This document shows, piece after piece, positions 28,231 to 38,415 of a stretch of 64,000 nucleotides of DNA. The stretch lies in assembly GCA_028288995.1 (NCBI GenBank), contig JAQGHF010000004.1, positions 57,204 to 121,203 on the forward strand, written 5' to 3'. Position 1 is the first letter of the stretch; each line of letters starts with the position of its first letter. This DNA comes from Candidatus Saccharimonadota bacterium. GTDB lineage: Bacteria > Patescibacteriota > Saccharimonadia > Saccharimonadales > Saccharimonadaceae. Position numbers and translations under genes: made by a program. Below the pieces are notes generated by a model, which was not told where the DNA came from, searched no databases, and saw only the letters and a program-made list of their open reading frames with translations.

Positions 28231-29469
28231 TTAGCTTAGTTTATCAAGCAGATCTTCACCTGTCAATAGTTCTGATTCGCCGCTGGCTCGTGGTGTAAAT
28301 TCAAATTTTTGGTCGGCAATAAGTCGCTCACTAATTGTTACCCGATACGGGATCCCAAGAAGCTCTGCATCTGCGAACTTAGCGCCAGCTCGCTCGTTGC
28401 GATCATCGTACAATACCTCGATTCCTTTTGAGGTCAATTCATCATACAGTGCATCAGCCTGAGTTGCAACATCTCCGATACTCACAAGGTACACTTTGAA
28501 CGGTGCAACGGTCTCTGGCCAGACAAGTCCTTTGTCGTCAGCAAACTTCTCGATAATAACGCCCATAACCCTTGTGATACCGATACCATACGAACCTAGG
28601 AAGATAGGCACTTTCTTGTCGTTTTCATCCGTGTAATAGATACCCATTTGTTCAGATTTGTCGGTACCGAAATTAAAGATATTACCGACTTCAGCGCTCT
28701 TTGTTTTGGTCAACTCATCGCGAGTTACCCCAAGTGTTGCAAGTGTTTCGTCGTTTAATACTTCTTCATTAACAGCGATCCCCTTTTCACGGTTCACATA
28801 GATAATGTCTTCACCGGCTTCACAGATTGTCTGGAATTCATGACTAAACTGTGTAAATGCACCACCGCTCGCAAAAGTGACATACGTATCATCACCAAGA
28901 CCGAGGCGATCGTAGACTTTCTTATACGCAGCAATGGTCGCTTGGTAGAATGTTTCGTGCTGATCGGCATCCGTACTCAGTGAGTACATGTCTTTCATCA
29001 CAAACTCACGTCCACGCATAATACCGCTCTTTGCACGTACTTCGTTACGAAGCTTCGTTTGGAACTGGTAGACATTGGCAGGAAGATCTTTATAACTCTT
29101 GATGTAATTCTTCATCATTGTCATGATAGCTTCTTCGTGTGACCAGGCGAGTCCCACTTCAGTATCATCTTTTAACTTCGTCTTAAACCAGATGTCAACG
29201 ACGCTATCATCCCAACGAGTGGTGATTTCCCAATCCTCTTTTGGCTGGAGATTCGTCATGATCAATTCTTGACCACCAATAGCATTCATTTCTTCGCGAA
29301 CAATTTTTTTAATATTTTCAACAACCCGAAGACCAAGCGGTGTGTAGGCATAGACACCCGCCATAACTTTGTAAATGTATCCTGCACGAATCAGAAGCTG
29401 CGCGTTTTTCGCAACTTCATCAGCTGGCGCGTCTTTACTGGTCTTTGTAAATAATTGTGAAATTCTCAT
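28231..29469 (-). CDS. proS: Proline--tRNA ligase (short, no INS editing domain)
   Basis: LLIRAGY, HEE, YQFQTKLRNEVR, GREFVMKDMYS, GSYGIGITR. Confidence 0.95.
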   Translation of the reverse strand: MRISQLFTKTSKDAPADEVAKNAQLLIRAGYIYKVMAGVYAYTPLGLRVVENIKKIVREEMNAIGGQELIMTNLQPKEDWEITTRWDDSVVDIWFKTKLKDDTEVGLAWSHEEAIMTMMKNYIKSYKDLPANVYQFQTKLRNEVRAKSGIMRGREFVMKDMYSLSTDADQHETFYQATIAAYKKVYDRLGLGDDTYVTFASGGAFTQFSHEFQTICEAGEDIIYVNREKGIAVNEEVLNDETLATLGVTRDELTKTKSAEVGNIFNFGTDKSEQMGIYYTDENDKKVPIFLGSYGIGITRVMGVIIEKFADDKGLVWPETVAPFKVYLVSIGDVATQADALYDELTSKGIEVLYDDRNERAGAKFADAELLGIPYRVTISERLIADQKFEFTPRASGESELLTGEDLLDKLS

Positions 29470-29488
29470 ATCTTCTCCCTACTTTAAT

Positions 29489-30244
29489 TTAAAGGAGTGG
29501 ATTAATAAAGAGGAAGTAGAACGCAATGCCGTTTTTGATCATGTGTAACACGATCGATGGCCATAGTCGACCGGTCTGAATACGGAGCAAACACAGGATG
29601 ATACTAAGCGCGAAGACATCAACACCAACATTCCATTCGAAGTGAACAATGCCAAATAAAAGACTGGTGATAAGGATCGATGCCCAGACAGGAACATACT
29701 TTCGGAGCTTTCCTAACAGATAACCGCGGAACAAAATTTCTTCCGAGACAGGTGCAATGATAACGAGCGTGACGAATGCCAAAATGTATTCATAGCCGTG
29801 ACTGAGACCAGAAAAGCCTGTGTTTTGCACTTGATTGACGTTATAGAACGGGAAGTGCGCAGCGATCGATGTCAGGACAAACGACAGAAGTATATAGACA
29901 ATAAACGCAGCTGGCGCGAGTAACAAATCTGTCCACGTTAGGTGATGATCAAAGCCAAGTTCTTGTTTCGATGTCCGATATTTCATCACCAGCCACGGAA
30001 GTCCGATGACAATGCCAAGTGACAGCAGATAAATGACAATAGATCCAATCGTTTGAATCGACGACTCATCAATATTTTTTAGAGGAATTTTTAAGAAGTC
30101 TAATAGATACAGAAGCAGCCCGACAATCACCTGCGCCACCATGAATCCAACGAACACCCATACAGGGAGCGCAAGGGCCATCCACGACTTGAATCCCTGT
30201 GGCTTTACAAAGAGTTTACTTAAAGAGTTTCGCCACATCACCAA
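29489..30244 (-). CDS. CPBP (Abi/CAAX) intramembrane glutamic endopeptidase
   Basis: APVSEEILFRG, FGIVH, SIVLHMIKN. Confidence 0.92.
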   Translation of the reverse strand: MVMWRNSLSKLFVKPQGFKSWMALALPVWVFVGFMVAQVIVGLLLYLLDFLKIPLKNIDESSIQTIGSIVIYLLSLGIVIGLPWLVMKYRTSKQELGFDHHLTWTDLLLAPAAFIVYILLSFVLTSIAAHFPFYNVNQVQNTGFSGLSHGYEYILAFVTLVIIAPVSEEILFRGYLLGKLRKYVPVWASILITSLLFGIVHFEWNVGVDVFALSIILCLLRIQTGRLWPSIVLHMIKNGIAFYFLFINPLL

Positions 30245-31355
30245 TAGTTACCACTACGATTAGTATCATAAGCACCGAGAACCCAATCGCCTGAATCTTT
30301 TCCTCGCGCTCTTTGGTCAGCTTCTTCTTACGAAGCTTGTAGAGCACCATGACAAACCAACGTCCTCCATCGAGGGATGGAATAGGAAGCGTGTTCATGA
30401 CTGCGAGTGTCAGTGAAATAATCGCAGCGAGGAATAATACTTCAATAGGACCAGCTTTACTGGCTGCCGGGAAAATTGTGCCAAGAATACCGATTGGACC
30501 AGCGACGCTGTCCCCTGCTGCCGCGAGATCAGTGCTGGCGGTATTACGTGTCGCCTGGTTTGGACTCAGTTGCCCGACAAGACCAGATGCAAGGTTACCA
30601 AGAAGTTGTCCAAGACCTTGAATCGTGACCCACGTAAACTGCCCAGTCGTCGCAATACCAACGATTGGCGCAGACCATGTTGCGCGAATCGATTGCTGCT
30701 GCGAAAGTGTTGAACCAAAGACCGCAGCATCAGCATCGCGAAGCGTCACATTGGTCGTCTCGTTCTTACCATCACGGACATATTGAATCGCGACTGTCTT
30801 ACCCTTATTCTCTTTCGTAAGCGCAATAAACTCATTAGTACTATCGATTGGTTCCCCGTTGAGGGCGGTGATCTTATCGCCGCTTTTCAGACCTGCTTTT
30901 GCTGCTGGGTAATCTTTTACGAGTGATGAGAGTGCGACCGGCTCCGTCACTTGGTATGTGTCGGCTGGAACGACGAACTGGTTTGGAATAATTTTAGGAA
31001 GACCGACAAGTGCCAATACTGTCAGTAAAAACGCTGCAACAATCCAGTTAACAAGCACACCGGCAAGGAGAATTTTTGTCTTTTGCCAAAACGTTGCTGC
31101 ACCATAGTCACCTTTTTTATTCGCCGCATCGTGCTCGCCTTGCAGCTTTACGAATCCACCCAGTGGCAACCAGTTAAGACTGAAGACAACACCGTTCTTT
31201 AGTTTTTTACTCCATGCACGTGGCGGAAAGCCGATACCGAATTCTTCAAGAACCACGCCATTACGACGCGCAATAATGCCGTGTCCCAGCTCGTGCACTG
31301 CTACCAAAATAACCAGTACAACAATTCCTATGATGATGCCCAATAGTAAATCCAT
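30216..31355 (-). CDS. rseP: RseP-like M50 protease with PDZ domain
   Basis: VHELGH, LPLGGFVK, NTLPIPSLDGG. Confidence 0.92.
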   Translation of the reverse strand: MDLLLGIIIGIVVLVILVAVHELGHGIIARRNGVVLEEFGIGFPPRAWSKKLKNGVVFSLNWLPLGGFVKLQGEHDAANKKGDYGAATFWQKTKILLAGVLVNWIVAAFLLTVLALVGLPKIIPNQFVVPADTYQVTEPVALSSLVKDYPAAKAGLKSGDKITALNGEPIDSTNEFIALTKENKGKTVAIQYVRDGKNETTNVTLRDADAAVFGSTLSQQQSIRATWSAPIVGIATTGQFTWVTIQGLGQLLGNLASGLVGQLSPNQATRNTASTDLAAAGDSVAGPIGILGTIFPAASKAGPIEVLFLAAIISLTLAVMNTLPIPSLDGGRWFVMVLYKLRKKKLTKEREEKIQAIGFSVLMILIVVVTIGDVAKLFK

Positions 31356-31373
31356 ATGTGTTTTAGCCCCTCA

Positions 31374-32093
31374 TTATGATCCGAAGCGCCGTTGCCGACG
31401 CGAATATTCCTTTATTATAGCGGTGACATCATCTTTTGTCATTTCTGGCCACATCTTATCGAGAAAAATAATTTCACTATACGCTGCGCGCCATAACATA
31501 AAGTTACTGAGTCGCATCTCACCACTGGTACGAACGATTAAGTCCATCGGTGGCACATCGGGCAGGTAGAGATTTTCAGCGATCAATTCTGATGTCACGT
31601 CTTCTTCTTTTGCGCCGCTATGAACAATTTTCTTGACCGCATCGACGATTTCTTGTTGCCCACCATAATTAAAACAGAGTGCAAAGACACCGCCAGTATT
31701 ACTCTTCGTCGCCTCTTCGGCAGCAGCCATTGCTTTGACAATCTTTGGATCGACACCAACCCGAGACCCAATAATACGAAGCTGCACGTTATATTTGTTA
31801 AACAACGGTACGTCAGCAGTCACTACTTTTAGGGTCAGGGTCATCAAGCGTTTCACTTCATCGGCACTTCGTTTCCAATTTTCTGTCGAGAATACGTAGG
31901 CAGACATATATTCAGCGCCCGCTTCAAGCGTCGCGATGCCAACATCTTTTAAGGCGTTATATCCCGCAAGGTGACCTTCGTAAACCGGCAGTCCGTGTTT
32001 TTTCGCCCAACGACGATTACCATCGACGATATAGCCCACGTGACGTGGAATTGCTGGCCCTTCAACGGGAACATCAGCGCGATCTTGTGGCAT
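31374..32093 (-). CDS. uppS: Undecaprenyl diphosphate synthase
   Basis: HVGYIVDGNRRWA, FSTENWKR, RTSGEMRLSNF. Confidence 0.96.
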   Translation of the reverse strand: MPQDRADVPVEGPAIPRHVGYIVDGNRRWAKKHGLPVYEGHLAGYNALKDVGIATLEAGAEYMSAYVFSTENWKRSADEVKRLMTLTLKVVTADVPLFNKYNVQLRIIGSRVGVDPKIVKAMAAAEEATKSNTGGVFALCFNYGGQQEIVDAVKKIVHSGAKEEDVTSELIAENLYLPDVPPMDLIVRTSGEMRLSNFMLWRAAYSEIIFLDKMWPEMTKDDVTAIIKEYSRRQRRFGS

Positions 32094-32647
32094 TAGAGAG
32101 TAAGAATATCCTTCTCTTTTTCCTTGAACGCTGCGTCAAGTTTGGCGTTTGAACTGGCGACACTGGCATCAATAGATTTTTCGATGTCCTTCATGTCGTC
32201 TTCTGAGACTTCCTTGAGTTCTTTTTTGCGTTTCGCCTCTTTTAAAGCGTCCTGGCGAACGTTTCGAAGGGCAATACGAGCTTCTTCAACCTTTTCGCTA
32301 GTTTGCTTTACAAGCAGCTTACGACGCTCTTCAGTCAGCGGTGGAATTGGGACACGAATAACTCGCCCGTCGTCACTTGGATTCAGTCCCAGTGCTTGAT
32401 CTTGGCGAATGCCGGCAGCAATCGCTTGGATGTTGCTTGGGTCAAACGGTGTCACGGTCAAAAGCTGTGGTTCCGGCGCAGTGACGTTCGCAACTTGGTT
32501 CAGTGGCATTCTCTGACCATACGCTTCAACATGAACGCTATCCAGCATGCCAGGGTGCGCGCGTCCGGTACGGACTTTCTTTAGTTCATCCTCAAAGTGT
32601 GCAACGGCTGCATTAAATCGATCTTCATAGGGTTTCGTGTCAAACAT
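32093..32647 (-). CDS. frr: Ribosome recycling factor
   Basis: VRTGRAHP, NPSDDG, PPLTEERR, RNVRQDA. Confidence 0.96.
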   Translation of the reverse strand: MFDTKPYEDRFNAAVAHFEDELKKVRTGRAHPGMLDSVHVEAYGQRMPLNQVANVTAPEPQLLTVTPFDPSNIQAIAAGIRQDQALGLNPSDDGRVIRVPIPPLTEERRKLLVKQTSEKVEEARIALRNVRQDALKEAKRKKELKEVSEDDMKDIEKSIDASVASSNAKLDAAFKEKEKDILTL

Positions 32648-32667
32648 AATACTATTAGTATAGCAGG

Positions 32668-33018
32668 CTAATAGTCGATTTCGGCAGTGGTCGCACGAAG
32701 AATAACCCTACCCGTCATCCGAGCTCGTTCGGCACCAGTTTCAATACCGTTTCGATTTGTGACGAGAACATAATCCGTTGTGTCCTGTTCCCCATTTCCT
32801 AGATCTTCACGAAGTGCATACACTTCACCTTCGGCATCACGTTCTTGGAGAAGACGAACGATACGTTCGTTCGAATCGAGTAAAATATCTTGCCTGGGCT
32901 GAGGGTCCATAAGACCAATTGCAATTGTCGCTAAGATTCCACGCGCGGTGAAATGATTTTCACCACGGTCAAACTTTTGCTCAACTCTACTTACAATGCG
33001 TTCACTCAGCTCAGGCAT
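32668..33018 (-). CDS. Hypothetical protein at the usual pyrH position
   Basis: 116-aa ORF between tsf and frr; GAG/GAGA SD-like sequence upstream. Confidence 0.55.
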   Translation of the reverse strand: MPELSERIVSRVEQKFDRGENHFTARGILATIAIGLMDPQPRQDILLDSNERIVRLLQERDAEGEVYALREDLGNGEQDTTDYVLVTNRNGIETGAERARMTGRVILRATTAEIDY

Positions 33019-33030
33019 ATATGCTCTCGA

Positions 33031-33627
33031 TTAATCGTTAACGCCAAGTTCGATTCGCTTGAAACGACGAACGATAATATTCTCACCAACTTGACCGATA
33101 GTCTGCTTGAGGTATGTACCGACGGTCATAGAATCGTCCATGATGTACTGCTGGTTCAAAAGTACTTTTTCAGCAAAGTACTTCTTTACCTGTCCATCGA
33201 TGATCTTTTCAGCGATGTCAGCTGGCTTACCTTTGGTAGAGCCGCTTTCGATTGCTTCGTTTCGGACTCGTTCAAGCTCCTCGGCTGGAATCTCGTCTTC
33301 AGTCACATAGACAGGTGACATAGAGGCAACCTGCAACGAAATCATGTGAGCGAATTCTTTGAATCCATTAGTACGTGCAACGAAGTCAGTTTCACAGTTT
33401 ACTTCGACAAGAACGCCGATACGACCACCGTGAACGTAGCTGTCGATCACACCTTCAAGTGCTTCGCGGTCAGCTTTCTTTTCAGCCTTCGTCAGACCTT
33501 TTTTGCGCATTTCTTCAAGTGCCTTGTCAAAGTCACCGTCGGCAGCAACGAGTGCTACTTTCGCGTCAGTCAGACCAACGCCGGTCAGTTCTTTGAGCTT
33601 CTTGATATCATCAATTGAGACGGCCAT
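33031..33627 (-). CDS. tsf: Elongation factor Ts (short form)
   Basis: IKKLKELTGVG, VEVNCETDFVA, LLNQQYIMD. Confidence 0.96.
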   Translation of the reverse strand: MAVSIDDIKKLKELTGVGLTDAKVALVAADGDFDKALEEMRKKGLTKAEKKADREALEGVIDSYVHGGRIGVLVEVNCETDFVARTNGFKEFAHMISLQVASMSPVYVTEDEIPAEELERVRNEAIESGSTKGKPADIAEKIIDGQVKKYFAEKVLLNQQYIMDDSMTVGTYLKQTIGQVGENIIVRRFKRIELGVND

Positions 33628-33630
33628 AAT

Positions 33631-34374
33631 TTATTTGTCCTCCCCTTTTTCAGCTCCTGCGTCTTCCTGGGCGACGACTGGCTTCGCTTTGCTTTGACCT
33701 TCAACGATTGCTTGGCTGACGTAGTCGAGTAAAAGATGTACACCCTTGATCGCGTCGTCATTCGCTGGAATCACGTAGTCAACGAGTGTTGGATCTGCGT
33801 TTGTATCAACAACAGCAACAACTGGGACGCCAATTGTCTTTGCTTCTTTGATGGCATTGATATCACCAAGTACATCGATGATAAAGACAGCGCCTGGCTT
33901 GCCGCTTAGGTTCTTGATACCACCGTACTTTAGATTCAGTTCGTCGATTTCCTCTTGGAAACGTTGGATCTCAAGCTTGTTGTACTTCTTTTCAAGTTCA
34001 CCTGATACCATTCGCTTTTCAAGATCTTTAAGTTTCTTGATCTGCGCAGAGATAGTACCGACGTTTGTGAGTGTTCCACCAAGCCATCGGTTGATCATGT
34101 ATGGTTGATTAAGGGCTTCAGCTGCAGCTTTGACTGCATCCTTCGTGTGCTTCTTTGTTGCAACGAAAAGAATTGATTTACCGCTTGCAGCGACCTTTGT
34201 TAAGAAAGGAAGTGCGGCTTCAAGACCTTCAACAGTTTTGTTGAGGTCAATGATGTGGTTATCCTGACGTTTGCTGTGGATGTATGGCGCCATTTTAGGG
34301 TGCCAGCGGCTTGTTTTGTGTCCAAAGTGGACACCGGCTTCAAGCAATGCCTTAATATCGACAGATACTGCCAT
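33631..34374 (-). CDS. rpsB: 30S ribosomal protein S2
   Basis: LLEAGVHFGHKTSRWHPKM, RWLGGTLTN, IPANDDA. Confidence 0.98.
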   Translation of the reverse strand: MAVSVDIKALLEAGVHFGHKTSRWHPKMAPYIHSKRQDNHIIDLNKTVEGLEAALPFLTKVAASGKSILFVATKKHTKDAVKAAAEALNQPYMINRWLGGTLTNVGTISAQIKKLKDLEKRMVSGELEKKYNKLEIQRFQEEIDELNLKYGGIKNLSGKPGAVFIIDVLGDINAIKEAKTIGVPVVAVVDTNADPTLVDYVIPANDDAIKGVHLLLDYVSQAIVEGQSKAKPVVAQEDAGAEKGEDK

Positions 34375-34384
34375 AATTGTTGAA

Positions 34385-34470
34385 CTCCTTGTTCCTCACC
34401 TTCCGCCCCAATTCTTTATAAGTATTTAGGAGTTATGCGGAAAGTTGTGTCATTAAATAGTGTTACCTTA
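34385..34470 (-). promoter_or_regulatory. Possible S2 autoregulatory leader
   Basis: Minus strand: TATACT box, then a TTCCGC...GCGGAA helix before SD AAGGAG. Inferred from position and known rpsB leaders. Confidence 0.4.
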
Positions 34471-34616
34471 TGAGTATACCACTCCTTCACCCCTTAGTCA
34501 ACAGAGGTCACTCTTCCTGACCCTCACTTGGCAGCTATACGTCACCATTATATAATAATAGTGCTCAGACAGAGTGAACCTTCCCACTACGAGAACCAGA
34601 AATGAGGTGGTGCGTC

Positions 34617-35159
34617 ATGATTGACGTTCCTAAAGAGAAAGCAGTCGAGGAACTCGAAATTCGGCTGGTGACGTTGGCGGATGCCGGAGCACAACTCACC
34701 GATCTTACTAGTGAGGTCGACAGGAAGATGCAGGCAGTTCGCGCCGAGTACGCACCGCGTATCGACCAGTTGACCGAACTGCGCGAGATAACAGTGACAG
34801 AAATCACTGCAATCTTCCAGCAGCATCGCGACTCCCTCACCGAAGAGACGGGTAAAACCGCTACGTTGCGCGGCGGCACGCTGAGTGCGAGACTGAGTAA
34901 AGAAGCGCTCGAGATTGTCGATGCGACAAAACTCGAGAAGTTCCTACGACGCAAAGGTCGTTGGCTGAAATACACCATACAACCCGCGCGTCGCATCGAC
35001 AAAATAGCGCTCAAAAAGGATCGTGCCCTCATCGAGAGTGCTCCCAATGATACGGTGCACTTCACACGGGACGAGAATCTGATCATCAAGCTACCCAAGT
35101 TGCAGCTAGAGATCAAGCGGATCCTCCATCCACTACGCAGTTCCCTCAAAAAGAGCTAG
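34617..35159 (+). CDS. Mu Gam-like host-nuclease inhibitor / DNA end-binding protein
   Basis: N-terminal coiled coil, then KTATLRGGTLSAR, LEKFLRRKG, IDKIAL, matching the Mu Gam layout. Start moved to ATG 34617 (SD GAGGTGG). Confidence 0.75.
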   Translation: MIDVPKEKAVEELEIRLVTLADAGAQLTDLTSEVDRKMQAVRAEYAPRIDQLTELREITVTEITAIFQQHRDSLTEETGKTATLRGGTLSARLSKEALEIVDATKLEKFLRRKGRWLKYTIQPARRIDKIALKKDRALIESAPNDTVHFTRDENLIIKLPKLQLEIKRILHPLRSSLKKS

Positions 35160-35160
35160 C

Positions 35161-35212
35161 ATACCCTGCTTCGCTCGAGGCAATGCCTCGCGGAGCGGGG
35201 TATTACCTTTTT
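35161..35212 (+). terminator. Intrinsic terminator after the gam-like gene
   Basis: ATACCCTGCTTCG...CGGAGCGGGGTAT stem (with GU pairs), inner CGAGGC/GCCTCG, followed by T-run. Confidence 0.7.
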
Positions 35213-35220
35213 CTTACCTC

Positions 35221-35249
35221 TAGACAAAACGACCAAAAACAGATACAAT
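35221..35249 (+). promoter_or_regulatory. Sigma70-type promoter of rpmE2
   Basis: TAGACA-17 nt-TACAAT, 10 nt before ATG. Confidence 0.65.
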
Positions 35250-35259
35250 AGTCCAGATT

Positions 35260-35586
35260 ATGAAGACTAACCTACATCCAAGTGACTACCGCCCTGTCGT
35301 ATTTAGCGACGAAACGGCTGATTTTGCTTTCTTGACTCAGTCAACTGCGCAAACAACCGATACTATTAAATGGGAAGATGGTAACGAATACCCTCTCGTT
35401 AAGTTGCACATTTCAAGTGCTTCTCACCCATTCTTTACCGGTGAAGAAAAGATCATCGACACCGAAGGTCGTGTCGACCGATTTAAGAACCGCGCCGCAG
35501 CAGCAGTTGCCCGCAAAACAGAGCTTGCCAACAAAGCAAAGAAAACTGCCGCAAACAAAGCTAAAAAATCTACTAGCGAAAACTAG
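35260..35586 (+). CDS. rpmE2: 50S ribosomal protein L31 type B (Zn-independent)
   Basis: [29 protein letters not shown]; no Cys. Confidence 0.95.
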   Translation: MKTNLHPSDYRPVVFSDETADFAFLTQSTAQTTDTIKWEDGNEYPLVKLHISSASHPFFTGEEKIIDTEGRVDRFKNRAAAAVARKTELANKAKKTAANKAKKSTSEN

Positions 35587-35595
35587 CCACACTAT

Positions 35596-35630
35596 AAAAA
35601 AGAGCCTTATATCTGATAAGGCTCTTTTTT
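35596..35630. terminator. Intrinsic terminator after rpmE2
   Basis: AAAAAGAGCCTTAT / ATAAGGCTCTTTTT. Confidence 0.8.
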
Positions 35631-35682
35631 GTTAGAATAAAGGAGTAACAACCTAAGGTAATTACTTTAGAAACTATCAATT

Positions 35683-36753
35683 ATGCCAAAGATCAATCTC
35701 AATATCGAAGAACTACAGGCCGAGAAACAAGAACTCGATGCCTTTTTGGCGCGTCCTGATGCCTATGCTGACCCTGATTATTCGAAAAAAAATAAGCGAT
35801 TCATCGAAGTACAGACAATTCTTGAAAAAGCATTGCTTCGCGAATCCCTTGAGGCACAGATTGTCGATGCCAAAGAAATGGCTGGCGGTAATGACGAACT
35901 TGCCGATCTTGCAAAGCTAGAAATCGAAGAAAACACCCAAAAACTGGCTGACCTTGAAGAAGAACTCTTTACAATGCTGGCGCCAAAAGATCCTAACGAC
36001 GACAAAAACGTCATTATTGAAATCCGTGCTGGCGCTGGTGGTGACGAAGCCAGTCTTTTTGCTGCAGAACTGTATCGTATGTACCTTCGCTACTGCGAAA
36101 TGCACAACCTCAAGACCGAACTGATCAGCGAAAGCGCCAACGACACCGGTGGCTACAAAGAAGTTATCTTCAGCGTTCGTGGCGACGCTGTCTACTCTCA
36201 ATTAAAGTATGAATCTGGTGTTCACCGCGTGCAACGCGTCCCCGCAACCGAATCACAAGGTCGTATTCACACCAGTACAGTCACCGTTGCCGTCCTTCCT
36301 GAAGCCGAGGAAACGGACCTTGAAATTAATCCAAGTGATCTTCGTATCGATATCTACCGCTCAGGTGGTCATGGTGGTCAGTCGGTCAACACAACCGACA
36401 GCGCCGTTCGTATTACCCACGTTCCATCGGGACTCGTCGTGATTAACCAAGACGAAAAGTCACAGCTCAAAAACAAAGAAAAAGCCATGAGTGTCCTTCG
36501 GAGTCGCTTGTTACAGATTAAGACTGATGCAGAAAACGCAAAGCTCGATGCCGAACGTCGTAATTTGATCGGTTCTGGCGATCGTTCTGAAAAGATTCGA
36601 ACTTACAACTTCCCCCAAGATCGTATTACCGACCACCGCATTGGTTACAGCCGAAGTGGTATTCCTCAAGCATTAAACGGATCAATCGATGATCTCGTAG
36701 AAAACCTTCAAGCATATGAACGAGAACTCGCTGCCTCAAGCGCTAGCAATTAA
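35683..36753 (+). CDS. prfA: Peptide chain release factor 1
   Basis: [16 protein letters not shown] (PxT), [17 protein letters not shown]. Confidence 0.97.
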   Translation: MPKINLNIEELQAEKQELDAFLARPDAYADPDYSKKNKRFIEVQTILEKALLRESLEAQIVDAKEMAGGNDELADLAKLEIEENTQKLADLEEELFTMLAPKDPNDDKNVIIEIRAGAGGDEASLFAAELYRMYLRYCEMHNLKTELISESANDTGGYKEVIFSVRGDAVYSQLKYESGVHRVQRVPATESQGRIHTSTVTVAVLPEAEETDLEINPSDLRIDIYRSGGHGGQSVNTTDSAVRITHVPSGLVVINQDEKSQLKNKEKAMSVLRSRLLQIKTDAENAKLDAERRNLIGSGDRSEKIRTYNFPQDRITDHRIGYSRSGIPQALNGSIDDLVENLQAYERELAASSASN

Positions 36754-37576
36754 CGATTGGCTGGCTGACGCGACTCGTCAGTTGGTATTTGCTGGGATTC
36801 CTAGTGCTCGCCTTGATAGCGAGCTGATCCTGGCACACACGCTCCGTAAAAATCGAAGTTATCTCCACGCACATCCCGAAGAGCCAGTCACCGACCGTTC
36901 TGTTGAAATTGCCAATGCTCGGCTTTCGCTGCGTATCGAACGCGTGCCAGTTGCCTATATCATTGGTCACAAAGAGTTTTATGGTCGCCAATTCTCTGTG
37001 ACGACTGCAACACTGATACCTCGTCCTGAATCTGAAGCATTACTAGAGCTTTTGAAACAAGTTATTCCACGAAATATTTCACTTCTAAAAGATAGTCCGC
37101 TGCGACTTATCGATGTCGGAACTGGGAGTGGTAACCTCGGTATTACTGCAAAACTACTCTATCCAGAGCTAAACGTCACTCTCGGTGATGTGAGTCGCCA
37201 CGCACTAAGAATTGCCGAAAAAAATGCCAAAGAGCTGCAAGCAGATGTGACTATTCTTCAAAGTAATCTTCTGGCTGACTATCCGTTCACGGCTAATATT
37301 ATTATCGCTAACCTCCCCTACGTTGATATACAGTGGGAACGCTCACCAGAAACTGAACATGAACCTGCAAGCGCCCTTTTCGCAGCAAACAATGGCAAAG
37401 CATTAATCTACGAACTGCTTGTGCAGACAAAAGACAAACTAGTAAACGGTGGTTCACTTATCCTTGAAGCTGACCCGTTGCAGCATGCTGATATTATTAG
37501 CGAAGCAAAAAAATATGGCTTGCTGCTTTCTGGACAAGATGGCTACGGGATATTACTCGAGAAAATTGCTCCTTGA
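36716..37576 (+). CDS. prmC: Release factor glutamine methyltransferase
   Basis: [33 protein letters not shown]. Confidence 0.93.
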   Translation: MNENSLPQALAINDWLADATRQLVFAGIPSARLDSELILAHTLRKNRSYLHAHPEEPVTDRSVEIANARLSLRIERVPVAYIIGHKEFYGRQFSVTTATLIPRPESEALLELLKQVIPRNISLLKDSPLRLIDVGTGSGNLGITAKLLYPELNVTLGDVSRHALRIAEKNAKELQADVTILQSNLLADYPFTANIIIANLPYVDIQWERSPETEHEPASALFAANNGKALIYELLVQTKDKLVNGGSLILEADPLQHADIISEAKKYGLLLSGQDGYGILLEKIAP

Positions 37577-37584
37577 TGAGGCGG

Positions 37585-38385
37585 TTAGATCGCTGTACCA
37601 ACGCGGTTGAAGACAAGAACTAATACAGCGATAATACTCAGTGTAAAAAGAAGGGGCAAAATAATATCACTGGTACGAATTTTTTGGTGATGATAAAACG
37701 AGTCGTATGACTTATATCCAACGAAGCCAATCAAGACTGCAATAATCGAGACTTGTGGCACCAGAAGACTTGTCACGACCGGGAGAGAATAGGCAATCGC
37801 CCAGTGGTATGCGACCCAACCGATCTCAGCAGAAATAATACTCCATGTCAGGCTGAGGAATAATGCGTGTGTTTCGTCGTCATATGTATTAAGGATGTGG
37901 TTTGCCGCACTATAGCCAATCAACCACATACCGACAACGACAATAGATGCTGGCCAGTTAAACGATATCGTAAAGAGTGCCGCTGTACCAAGGAGGACCG
38001 CAATCCCTGCCTGTGCAGCAACGTAACTTCGCTTTGAGCGAGGCTTAATAATAAGCAGCCACACGATGTAGAGTGCGGTCGCAACACCAAGAAGGATGAA
38101 CTTTCGGAAATCGGTAAGGTTTGATGTATCGATTGTATAGAGGTGCAGCACAACACTGACGCTGACGATGATATCAATGAGGTTTGAACGAATATTCACA
38201 AACCAATACCTTGCGCGAACAGCAAGCACGCGCCACTTACTAATAAGCACGAGACCCAGCGCCAACGGAATCGATTCGGTATAGTGAATCACGACAACCA
38301 ACGCCACTGCGAAAGCGACGTTAAGAACCGTGTATACCACTTCACTCACAAATGAGCGACGTCGAACTAGTTTCAAGAACTCCAT
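37585..38385 (-). CDS. Polytopic membrane protein of unknown function
   Basis: About 8 hydrophobic segments; TATAAT box just upstream. Confidence 0.7.
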   Translation of the reverse strand: MEFLKLVRRRSFVSEVVYTVLNVAFAVALVVVIHYTESIPLALGLVLISKWRVLAVRARYWFVNIRSNLIDIIVSVSVVLHLYTIDTSNLTDFRKFILLGVATALYIVWLLIIKPRSKRSYVAAQAGIAVLLGTAALFTISFNWPASIVVVGMWLIGYSAANHILNTYDDETHALFLSLTWSIISAEIGWVAYHWAIAYSLPVVTSLLVPQVSIIAVLIGFVGYKSYDSFYHHQKIRTSDIILPLLFTLSIIAVLVLVFNRVGTAI

Positions 38386-38415
38386 ATTATAGCTATTATA
38401 CCACGGGCAAATGAG

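Noticed and set aside
34565-35149. 194-aa minus-strand ORF
   Set aside because: Antisense shadow of the Gam-like gene, which has the SD, terminator and family resemblance.
34500-35260. Prophage around the Gam-like gene
   Set aside because: Both flanks are ribosomal-protein genes; no integrase, structural genes or att repeats seen.
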